A stretch of DNA of 64,000 bases from Octopus vulgaris (taxonomy: Eukaryota), in contig OX597822.1 of the NCBI GenBank assembly GCA_951406725.2, positions 57,784,001-57,848,000 on the forward strand, in the 5' to 3' direction. The position numbers and the translations under genes were made by a program. The notes beneath the pieces were generated by a model that was not told where the DNA came from, did no database searches, and was given only the letters and a program-made list of their open reading frames with translations. Positions 52,230 to 64,000 of this stretch are shown piece after piece; within the stretch, counting starts at the first letter, position 1; every line of letters begins with the position of its first letter.

Positions 52230-54369
52230 TTTAATACATGTATTTTGACCTTCAAATAAATAATATTTATCTCTTGCCAGATGGAGTACTTTTTTGTTGA
52301 ATTTTTTGTCATGGATCAGTACATTATACACACACAATGATGGACTGCTTTCAGTTTCTGTTACCAAATTCAATCATAGGACTTTGGTCAACCAAAGATG
52401 CCATACAGTGGGACTGAAACCAAGGCCACATAGTTGGAAAGCAAGTTTCTTAACCACACACCCCAGCATCTATATAAAAATGATAACATATCCTCATTGC
52501 ATGTATACAAAAAAGAAATTTGTTTTTATTTAATTTTATTTTAAGGTAATAAATATTTGTTTTTGGAAAAATTAATATTCATTTCATCATTGGTATAAGT
52601 ACCATAAAATTTCATAAAAGTTAAATAATAATAATAATTATTATTATTATATATATATGTGTGTGTGTGTGTGTTTCCTGATGCTATTCAAGGTGGCAAG
52701 ACTTACTTTCATACTTACAACTCTAAAATTTTATATTAAACATTTTTATTTGTAAATGATAAATCATGCTCAGTAGATGAAACAGTCATCAAGTCACACC
52801 AGCTTCTGATAACATTATGGAATCTCCACAAGGTTTATATGGTACATTATAGTGTGGTTTACCAATGTTTTCTTTACAATTCAATCTATCTTACAGAAGT
52901 AATTCAAATTCAGTTGGTTGTACAGGCTCCTGGGCAGTTTCTGTCTACTAAATACCTTTTCACTCACAAGACAATCGACAGCCCAAGAGTATGGGAAAAG
53001 ATACTTGCTCAAAATAGACTGAAAGAATAAGTACCAGGCTTAAGAACTAAAATGAGTGCTAAAGTCAATTTGTTCAGTTAAGATTCTTCGTAGAAGTATC
53101 CCAGCATGGCCACAGTCTAATGACTGAAACAAGTAAAAGGTAAAAGTCTACACATCTTAGGTTATTGAATACTTTCTACATTTATTGTGTACAGTATACC
53201 CCACCTCCTGTATAGGTGCCATGAAGAAAAACACATTCTCTTGCATTTTGTCTAAGTGGTAAGGAAGACAATTTCTTTAGTGCTGGTGCTACATAAAGAG
53301 CAGCAAGTGAACGGAGAAAGTATAGGGTTGTGCAGTTCCTATGGTCTTGTCTCATTGAGGACTAACCAATCTCTTTGGAGTTGGTACAAGAAAAAAGCTC
53401 CCAGTATACTCTGTAAAGTGGTTGGCTATACAAAGGACATCAAACCGTAGAAAACACATACAAGCACCAGGTTATGAAATCAGTGGTTCCCAATACAAAA
53501 ATACTCAAACCATGCCAGTATGGAAAGTAGACAATGCTACCACCGACAACACCGCCACCATTGCCGCCACTGCCACCACTACCTCAATCATCACCATATA
53601 TACGCTCAGGTTCAAAAGTATACAAGCACAGAAGTCAAAGTGAAAGTAAGGTGTAATTATCACTTTTATGCTGAATGATAGATTAAGAAACGGAGAGAGC
53701 TTTTGATGTTTCAGACTTAAGATCAGCACAAAGTTAAATGATATAGAGGAAGGAAAGTAGAAATGGGATTTATGAAAGAAACATTTTGCTCTGCTGAAAA
53801 TGACAGTGTTTCAAATAAAGACACACACACACACACACACACACACACGTACGTGTGTGTGTATGTATGTATGTAATTGTTAGCAAAGATACAACAGTAA
53901 TAAATCATCCAGTTTAGAGTACAGATCCTCATCATGTTTTGTGTGTCACTAGCACAAGTTTAATGTTGCTTAGTCTCAAGTCAGTTCTGAGCAAAGAGCA
54001 GACATACTATCACATGTATCCGCAAAGGAAGTGCACAACTAAATATAGATAAAATTGTGTGTCATGTCTGTGAGAGTTTATATAATGTTTAATTAACAGT
54101 ACTACCATTTGCTAATACAGGCCATCGCTAGTGCATCACATTTTATGGCTTTACTTAATTAGACTATCATTTAGCATTTCCATAACACGCATAAGTACAT
54201 ATGTATTTGAGCATGTGTGTGTATATATATATATATATAAATATATATACACAAACAAAATAATATTTGCTATGGCTGGACAAGTTTTTCACAGAAGACT
54301 GGAAATAAACACCACCTCTTATATGATGGTGATATTCATTTACAACCATCATGATATCAAGACAAGAGT

Positions 54370-54416
<47 letters not shown>

Positions 54417-54947
54417 TAAACTTACACACATATGTTTAAAATAAATGTATACAACAAGCTTCCTTTTAGTTTGTCTACCAAAGCTACACACAAGGCTTTG
54501 GTCAACTTGGGGATATAGTAGAAGGTGCTTATCCACACCACCATGCAATGGGACTGAACCTGAGACCACAGAGTTGGAAAGCAAGTTTCTTAACCGCACA
54601 CAGATGTGCCTGCATGTATAAATACAAACACACATACACAGCATAAATTTCTTCTAGAACTATGTAACCTGCTTTTAAAGAGTTGATATATATTGTTGCT
54701 ATTATGCAAAAGTATTGTAAGTCCAAAATATTGCTATTTCAGAAAATGAAAAAATAGTTTCACCATTCCATAGCAAAACCATTGTACTACACTTTGGCAA
54801 TTTTTAATATCTTGGCATCTGAAGCAGCAGGAAATACAATAGTTTGACCAAAAGAACCAGCTATTGCAAGCAAAAATAAATATTGAAAAGAACGCATTTG
54901 ATCAAATTTGGACATACGACAGTTTAACATAATAGCAATAATAGCAA

Positions 54948-54981
<34 letters not shown>

Positions 54982-55630
54982 GAATAAGAAATAGAAAGTC
55001 CTTGGTACTTTCTATTGATATATATATATATATATATATATCATCATCATCATCATCATCGCTTAACGTCCGCTTTCCATGCTAGCATGGGTTGGACGAT
55101 TTGACTGAAGACTGGCAAAGCAGATGGCTGCACCAGGCTTCAATCTTGATTTGGCAGAGTTTCTACAGCTGGATGCCCTTCCTAACGCCACATGGTTATG
55201 GTTAATGAAAATATATATATGATGGACTCTCTTGTCAAAGACGACATGTAAGTGTTCAGCTTTAGCCAAATGACTTGCATAAATGATTTGTTTATAGTGA
55301 TCAAATGAATGTGCTATACATTGGCTCACTTCCCTCCTTCAAATCAACATTGCCCAAACAGGTGCACGATGTACCATGCATCAGATGTCAAAGTGATCAC
55401 AGAGCAACATGAGCTGAATATTTTACTCAAGAACACAATGCACCACCCTGCCTAAGAAATGAAACCACGATCTCATAATCATGAGTGCAACACTCTAACT
55501 ACTAGGCCATGCACCCTCAGACCACAGGGTTATGGTTAATGAAAGAGTGTGTGTGTGTGTGTGTGTGTAGATAGATAGATAGATACATACATACATACAT
55601 ACATACATACACCACATGGTTATGGTTAAA

Positions 55631-55682
<52 letters not shown>

Positions 55683-55984
55683 GTGTACATTTTGAAGATT
55701 ACTCTTAAATGTGGTTTTGGTCGTTTTGACTATTTCTTCTAGCGTGTAAAAACTGCCTGCTGAGGGCAGTTATGTCTTGTGTTTAAATGTGCACTATTTT
55801 ATATTGAGACTATGTTGTCTATTGACTTTTTATACATGCTAGGCCACTGGTAGTGAAATTTCTAAAAAAAACTCACTACCCTGTATATTTTACGTATATA
55901 CGTATATGTATATATATAATTTAGATAGGCAGACAGATATACATACATACATACATACATACACACGCACACACACACACACAC

Positions 55985-56016
<32 letters not shown>

Positions 56017-56669
56017 GCACACACTTTTACTATAGGCTATGTATTATCTACCTTACGCCATACGTTTATATGTATATAGTTTGCTTTTGTTTTGTTTTTT
56101 TCTTAGGTATTAGTAAAATTCCCTCCTAATCTTTCTTAGTGATAATTAAGATTACAATTAAGAACTGGTCATTAAAGGTGGGTTGTCCAGTTGATAGCTA
56201 TTGATATAATATTTCCGTAGTCATACCTACTCATTAAACTATCTTTGTCCTTCGTCACTATTGTCATTTTATCCTAGTTGCTTGTTCAGTCACCACACAA
56301 GATTAAATGATTTATATATGAATAGACACACACACGACTTACACATACACTTGATTATTTTAGGTTAGCCTCATTTTAACAGTTGTTTTTATTATTCAAC
56401 CCTAGGTCAGTCCCAATTGAGCAGACTAATGATCAAATACATTCCAACCATGATATTTGTTTTGATTTTTTTTTTGTTTGTTTGTTTATTTTTTGGTGTC
56501 TAAAGACTATCTTATTGAATGTGTCCTTCATTTTTTGAAAAATGGTAGCATGTGACTTGAAGATTTGGCCGTTATTCCTAGAAGACTGTAACTGACCTTA
56601 TAGGATTTATCTTTTATATTTGGATAATTTTTGCTTTCAAAGTTATAGTAAATTATATCAACCATCCCA

Positions 56670-57797
56670 ATACTTATTTTCTTTTTAAGCCTGATACTTA
56701 TTCTATCACTCTTTTTTGCCAAACCACTATGCTACAGGAACATAAACACACCAACACTGGTTATTAGATGGTAGTGGGTAACAAACACAGACACAAAGAC
56801 ATACACAGATATACAAGGTGTAATCAAAAAGTGTCTGACCTTGATTCTTTTTGCACAAAATAATAATGCATCTGCAAAATCTCCATGGGTCACCATGTCC
56901 TTCCTGGGCATGTGCAAAAATTTTTGTGTCTGCAGGTTATGCCATTCACTCGCAGTGACACATTGAGTACAAATGTGAAGAGTGTACTCTGCAATTTTCT
57001 TTTTGAGTCAAGATGACTGAGCGCATGGAGGAAATTCTTGTTGTCAAATTCTTAGTGACACACAAGCCCAGACTATTGAGAAGATTCAGAAGACCTTTGG
57101 AGATGATGCTATGGGAAAAACACAAATAAAGGAGTGGTACAACTGGTTTAAAGATGTCAGTGAACAGTGAGCCATGTTGTGGCAGACCATTGACTAGCAG
57201 AAATGGTGAAACGATTGCAAAGTTTCGAGGAATAGTTTATGAAGACCATCTATAAAAACAACCCAACCTGTGGGCAGCAAAGAACTGGTAACTCCACCAT
57301 GACAACACACCCGCTCATTCCACCCAAGTTGTCCAAGCATTCTTAGTCAAGCAAAACACACCACTTGTTCGTCAGATATCCTGTTCCCCAGACTTGGCTG
57401 TGTGTGACTTTTGGCTATTCCCAAAGCTCAGAAAAACACTCATAGAGAGAAGATTTGAGTCAACAGAGGGCATTAAGCAAAATTCAATGGTACAGCTTTA
57501 CAGTATCCCCAAAATTGATTTCCAGAAACGTTGTCAGCAGTGGCAGGAATGCTGGCAGAAGTCTGTAGACTCCCAAGGCAAATACTTTGAAGAAAACTAA
57601 ATCAAAATTATGGTTTTTTTTTTTAAATATTACTGTTTAACTACACCTTCTATATATACACACACATATACGACAAGCTACTTTCAGTTTCTGTCTACCA
57701 AATTCACTCACAAGGCTTTGGTCAGCCTGAAGCTACAGTAGAAGACACATGCCCAAGGTGCCATGCAGTGGGACTGAACCTGGAACCATGAGGTTGG
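56670..57797 (-). mobile_element. SINE family A split by the mariner at 56814-57650
   Basis: 3' half at 56670-56811 and 5' half at 57651-57797. The mariner sits in the TA/CA microsatellite of the SINE. Confidence 0.8.
56814..57650 (+). mobile_element. Internally deleted mariner (DD34D) element nested in a SINE
   Basis: TA flanks; imperfect TIRs caaggtgtaatcaaaaagt / actgtttaactacaccttc; peptides IQKTFGDDAMGKTQIKEWYNWFKD, LHHDNTPAH and SPDLAVCDFWLFPKL...YFEEN*. Confidence 0.9.
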
Positions 57798-58535
57798 GAC
57801 TACATAGAATCTAATGGATGAAAACTAGTCTGAAAAATGCCAAAATATTTATTATCAACTGTCAATTCTCCATGACAAATATTTCCTAATGGATTTTTGT
57901 AACATTTTCTTTAATTTGATTTAATTTTTTCTGTAATTAGAAGTATTAACCACTGTGGTTAGTCCCCATTACTCTGTAAAGAGCAGAGAGTTGGTTTCTC
58001 AGTTTCTCTGGCATATATATTCTTTCCTGGATGGGATGCCAGTCCATTGCAGGATTACTCATTTTTATCAGCTGAATGAACTAGAGTAATGTGAAATCAA
58101 GTGTTTTGCTCAAGAACACAGTGCATCACCTGGTTCAGGAATCAAAACCACAATCTTACAATCACGAGACCAACACCCTAACCACTAAGCCATGCACCTC
58201 CACATTAACCACTGTAGCATGCATAAATGATAAACTCAAGAGAACCAAATCAGTAAACCCCAACTCAGTTCATAGCAGCAGCTGCTTCACTAACTCTAAC
58301 ATGAACACAACAAACTTTCATTCTTCTTTCCATCTCCTGATGTCATTAAGGCTAATATATATTGACGGATACATCTGATTATACACAAGGTCAACTAATT
58401 ACACAAACGGTCAATTAAATAATTATTTCTTGCAGTAGTTTGTCAAATAAAATGGTAATAAAGATTTCTTACACCAGAACAAACTCAGACAGATTTAGTT
58501 TCATAACATGTAGATCTACACAAGATCAGAGTATC

Positions 58536-58603
<68 letters not shown>

Positions 58604-59125
58604 TATCAATGAGTCAATGACTAACATTTTTAGTGCATGGTGAGAAGGACCAGATAGGAAGTTTAAACCATCTCCTGGTTCTCGGATACTTTTATTGGTA
58701 TCAGCTCTGTTGCAAACATTTAGACCAAGCTCCATATTCCCTCCCCACCTATATTTTATCTGCAGATTGGGCAGGTCCTACTTCAGTCTGAGAAGTCTTG
58801 CAAAAGTCATGTAATCTGCCTCTTCTTCTTGGAATATCATCATCTTTTTAACATACACTTTTCTATGCTTGCACAGTCAGAGTACATAAACACACATGCA
58901 CACACACACACACACACAATAGATTTGGTAGATGGAAAATGAAAGGAGCCGTGTGTGTGTGTGTGTGAGTGTGCATATACACACACAAAGAGCTTCATTC
59001 ATTTTCCATCTACCAAATTCATTCATGAGGCATGGTCAACCTAGGGCTATAGAAGAAAATGCTTGCCTAGTATGCCATACTGTGGGACTGAACCTGGAAC
59101 CATATGGTTTAGAAGCATACTTCTT

Positions 59126-59490
59126 TTCTACTCTAGGCACAAGGCCCGAAATTTTGGAGGAAGGGGCCAGTCAATTAAATCAACTCCAGTACACAACTGG
59201 TACTTAATTTATCGACCCCGAAAAGATGAAAGACAAAGTCGACCATGGCAGAATTTGAACTCAGAACGTAGCAGCAGACGAAATACCTATTTCTTTACTA
59301 CCCACAAAGGGCCAAACACAGAGGGGACAAACAAGGATAGGCAAACAGATCAAGTTGATTATATCAACCCCGAAAGGATGAAAGGCAAAGTCGACGTCGG
59401 CGGAATTTGAACTCAGAACGTAACGGCAGACGAAAAACCGCTAAGCATTTTGCCTGGCGTGCTAACATTTCTGCCAGCTTGCCGCCTTTA
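59126..59490 (-). mobile_element. Dimeric family B SINE nested in a family A SINE
   Basis: Two head-to-tail B units with different tails, bounded by the TSD-like pair catacttctt/caaacttctt. Confidence 0.8.
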
Positions 59491-62104
59491 CAAACTTCTT
59501 ACACAGCTGCCATGCACATGAATTAAAATATAGGTACTATGGAGTGAGAGCACTACAAGAAAGTGACTAAGTTCTGGTTCCACTGAAAAAAGAGTTCCAC
59601 AAGTGATTGCTGTAATGTCAGCTTGTTCAAGAATCCAGCCAGAGTGAACATTGGGTTTGCAATTGGATGTCCCATTCATGAGTATCACAATGACATGTTG
59701 AGAAGTTCAACTCAACAAGCATGTGAGTGGGAAGGATCCAGCATTGATCAGGTTATTGAAAAGAAAATCACAGCCTTACCACCTGAATTTCCTTGTTCAG
59801 CCCTGCCATTTGAATTTCCTTGTTCAACAAGGATACAGAAAACACCAAAACAACTAAACCTTTTAAATGCTAGTGCAATCATTATTACAATTTCCGATCC
59901 AAATGTGTTATGGTATACATTAGTTAAGGTCCAGCAACCAGTAATCTGTAAAAAAATACAGACATGTTACGCTTTGAATACTCAAATTGAATGTTTTTGC
60001 CAAATAAAACAAATTGATTCTCTGTAATTCTTGCCCATCATAACAATATGTATCTATTTTTAATACACATTCATATATTTGTGTGAGTGTGAGTATGTGT
60101 GCATACATATCAAATGGCTAGCAGCTAGCAATAAATTAGGAAGATGTTATCATTATATAATATATATATATATATATGTATGTATACATGTGTGCATATA
60201 TATATATATGCACACACATACAGAAGAATTATATCCTGCAGTCAACACATATTTGTCCAATCCCAAGCAAAATCAAAATTATCAGTGTCTCCATTGTGAC
60301 TTCATGGCAAAATCCATACCTGGGCTCAAATTACATGCACACATCCATCATAGATAGATGCAGCTTCTTTTATTTTTAAACCTTTTTTTTAAAAAATCCT
60401 CTCCTTCAAACACTCACATGTCAAAACCGACAAGAGATACAAACACAAATACATACATACGCATGTGTGCACGCACACACACACACACACACACACATAC
60501 ATACATACATACAAATGTTCCTTTCAGTTTCAGTCTACCGAATACACTCACAAAGCTTTGGTTGACCTGATGCTTTAGTATAAGACACTTGTTTAAGGTG
60601 CTGTGCAGTGAGACTGAACCTGAAACCACATAGTCAGAAAGCAAACTTCTTATCCATATAGCTATGCTTGAGCCTATATACATGTATCTTTTTATCTCTT
60701 TTTTTCTCGTTTCAGTTATTAGACTACAGCCAAGCTAGGGCACCAACTTAAAAAGGGTTTAGTCAAACAAATCAACACTAGTATTTAATTTTTTAAGCCC
60801 AGTATTTACTTTATCAGACTCTTTTGCGAAACCGCTAAGTAACAGGGATGTAAACAAAACAACACCAGTTGCCAAGCAATGGTGGGGGATAAATGTGCAC
60901 ATACACACACACACATAGATATATGCATGAAGACATGGGATGAAATATTGAAGGATAATCTCAAGCCACTGAGCCTTACAAATGAGATAGCAAAGTACCA
61001 AGATATTTGGTGCATTGCTGTACTGAAGAAGATTCATCTGCCATCGCAAAATTGATACTGGTGCTGGTACCACATCAAAAGCACTCATGCTGGTGCCATG
61101 TTAAAAGCAATGGTGCTGGTGCCACACTAAAAAGTACCCAGTACAGTCTGTGGAGTGGTTGGCATTACGAAGGGCATGCAACCAAAGGAACCATGCCAGA
61201 ACAGACAATGGAGCCAGGGGTGGCCCCTGGCCATATCAGCTCTGGTCAAACCATCCAACCCATCTCAGCATGGAAAACGAACGTTGTATGATGATGATGA
61301 TGATGATGATGATGACAACGATGTATATGACGGACTTCTTTCAGTTTCTGTCTACCAGATTCACTCACAAGCTTTTTTGTTGACCCTAAGCAATAGTAGA
61401 AGATACTTGCCGAAGGTGCTATGCAGAGGTAGAACTGAAATCATGTGGTTGGGAAGCAAGCTTCTTACCACACAGCTATGCCCATGAGAATGTGTGTGGT
61501 ACATGATCAGTGATAACACTCCTTATACTCATGACAGTAACTGGGATTAATTAGTAAATAATAGCACTCTACTTTTGTATTGAGTACTTACCTTCTTGTT
61601 TGCATATACAAATATAGGTGTATGTGTGTGTGTACACGGCACGCATGTTTTTTTTATTTCTTATTTTAAGCTGGACAGCTATAAATAACATTTCTGTCAG
61701 TCAAAACTGCTATTGTGCTAGCTTTCTTTTGTTGTTGGTTTTCTAGGTGTTATTAGAAATGCTTTTGTTTTGTTTGAGATTTATTTTAATTTCTTTCCCT
61801 CTACTGTGCTTTTGTTTGTTTTCAATTATGACAAGAAATTCCTTCAATTAGCTTTAAATAGTGAATAATATTCTTTTTCCATTTACCCTCCCTACCTGCT
61901 TTCAAGAATGTTCTGGAAGACAGCTTAAAAGCTAAGAGCATTTATCTTCTTTTATTCTCTCTCTCTCCCCCTCTCCTTTTATGTCTCTATCTATCTATCT
62001 TTCTATCTCTTATTACCTTAGTTTTCTGTCTAAAAACAGTTTTACCTGTTCATGTCTTTATCTTGAATCTCTGTCAATCAACATTACTTAACTCTGTGTG
62101 TGTT

Positions 62105-62149
<45 letters not shown>

Positions 62150-62635
62150 TCACACATACACACACACACCAACATATGTGCATATATATGTGAATCATCA
62201 TCATCTCTTAACGTCCATTTTCCATGGTGGCATGGGTTAGATGGTTTGACAGGAGCTAGGTAGCTAGAAGACTGCACTAAGCTTTTCTGTCTGCTTTGGC
62301 ACGGTTTCTATGGCTGGATGCCCTTCCTAACACCAACCACTTTACAGAGTGTACAGCAATATGACAGAGCAGTGTTGAGGAGCAGTGAGAGAGAGAGAGT
62401 ATAGTACACAATGAGATGCAGTTTGGTTCATTGGGTGAGGAGAGAGATTTATGTAACATGTGGTGAGCAGCACAAAATACACAGCACTTCCAGAACTCAG
62501 CTTCAATGAGGTGAGGCAGTCTTGTTAAAAACCTCATATCACCAGACATATAAATATATATGTCAAGGCAGTGACCTAGCATGACTGCAGTCTAATAACT
62601 GAAACAAATAAAACACACACATACACACACATGTA

Positions 62636-62637
<2 letters not shown>

Positions 62638-62716
<79 letters not shown>
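62638..62716 (+). repeat. (GT)n microsatellite
   Basis: About 39 perfect units. Confidence 0.95.
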
Positions 62717-62719
<3 letters not shown>

Positions 62720-63748
62720 GAAATCTTAATTAAAATTCTCAACCTTGTACAGTTCTTCAATCAACTTGTCAACCAGGTTCATTGAATTATCGTGGCTGAG
62801 TATTCCACAAACATGTGTGTCCTGAAGGTAATCCTCAGACAGAATCAGCATGGCACTATATAACAAAGATAGACCTCTAAATTACAGGTGCAATCCATTT
62901 GATGGGCTCCCATACAGTTTCTACCTACTCAATTTCACTCACAAGATATAGATCAACCTCAGATTATAGAAAATGACACTTGACCAATATACCACACAAC
63001 AGAATCAAAACAAGAACCTCATGATTCTCATACAGACTCCTTAACCATATAGCAACTATATGTATATATATACATGCTTATAGCTACCAACTTTCATTTC
63101 CAAAGGTATTTGTTGACCCAGCGCTATGGTAGAAGGTATCCAGATGCTTTGTAATGAGATTGAACCCAAACAGAACTATATAGTTGTAAAGTGAATCCCT
63201 CGACCACACAGGCACTCACATATCTTACACTTGTGCCATGTATAGATATTATGGTATCATTTTATCGAACAGACTATTGGATGTTGTCATACACTGCTAG
63301 TTACAACGTGTGTCCTTGCATTTTTTAAGCTTTTGAATGATGCCCACCCCCACTGCCTAGACAAGCAGGCCAACATTCCCTCTGAATGGAACACCAGTCC
63401 ATCACAAGATTACCCATCTACCACTGAGGGGACTGGAGCAACATGAAATGAAGTGTTTTGCTGGAGAACTCAACATACCATCAGTTTGGGAATCAAAACT
63501 ACACTCTTGTGATCTTGCGTGCAATACCCTAACCACTAGGTCAGACCCTTTGTATGTATGGATATATTTGCACAATATTATCATTATCATCATTTTATAT
63601 CCATTTACCATGCTGGCATGGACTGGATGGTTTGACAGGATCCAACAGATTAGCAGAGCATGTCTTCCACCAATGTCTTTTTCATGGTATGGTTTCCATA
63701 GCTAGATGCCCCTTCTAAACCAGCCACTTTACAGGGTGTACTTGGTGC

Positions 63749-63984
63749 ATAAAGGTGGTGGACTGGCAGAAACGTTAGCACACCGGGCGAAATGCTTAGC
63801 GGTATTTCGTCTGCCGTTACGTTCTGAGTTCAAATTCCGCCGAGGTCGACTTTGCCTTTCATCCTTTTGGGGTCGATTAAATAAGTACCAGTTACGCACT
63901 GGGATCGATATAATCGACTTAATCCGGTTGTCTGTCCTTGTTTGTCCCCTCTGTGTGTAACCCCTTGTGGGCAGTAAAGAAATA
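63749..63984 (+). mobile_element. Young tRNA-derived SINE (family B)
   Basis: CpG-rich; head ctggcagaaacgttagc; B-box gagttcaaattcc; core gcctttcatcctt..ggggtcgat..aagtaccag; imperfect 16-bp TSD ag(g/a)gtgtact(t/g)ggtgc (63733-63748, 63985-64000). Confidence 0.9.
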
Positions 63985-64000
63985 AGAGTGTACTGGGTGC

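Larger units (their letters stand above)
50845..52260 (+). mobile_element. Decayed, 5'-truncated Penelope-like retroelement (RT thumb/linker plus C-terminal GIY-YIG endonuclease) with an inverted pseudo-LTR
   Basis: Across stops and frameshifts from about 51030 to 51965 it translates to [63 protein letters not shown]...KAYIGLC (GIY-YIG), FKNRYANHIASF and KWKLIEKSIPYVNGSNKCRLCLAER..LLNSRSEI. The 3' pLTR (52069-52260) is duplicated in inverted orientation at 50845-51029. Confidence 0.9.

Noticed and set aside
59623-60027. 134-aa ORF, one of the longest non-microsatellite ORFs
   Set aside because: Non-ATG start, no recognisable domain, contains a small local duplication (tgaatttccttgttca twice), and no convincing splice sites.

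Overview
AT-rich, repeat-saturated eukaryotic DNA. The SINE families and microsatellite load suggest a coleoid cephalopod such as Octopus, which is an inference from pattern recognition. I can support only one host-gene exon: a 111-bp, phase 0/0, minus-strand ankyrin-repeat exon at 20725-20835 that resembles the N-terminus of ANKRD29. Most of the window is therefore probably intron or flank. The rest is at least five SINE or SINE-like families, hAT and Tc1/mariner MITEs and relics, decayed RTE, R4/Dong and Tx1-like LINE pieces, a Penelope-like GIY-YIG retroelement, and many microsatellites. Nearly all listed ORFs are artefacts of these repeats. The most interesting signal is a set of seven minimal type I hammerhead-ribozyme motifs from four unrelated sequence contexts. 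One family sits in the body of a tRNA-headed SINE, and a headless pair of that element shows the inverted 5' duplication typical of Penelope-like insertions. This suggests a ribozyme-carrying, Penelope-mobilised Pol III SINE. All alignments and folds were done by eye, and coordinates of decayed repeats are approximate.
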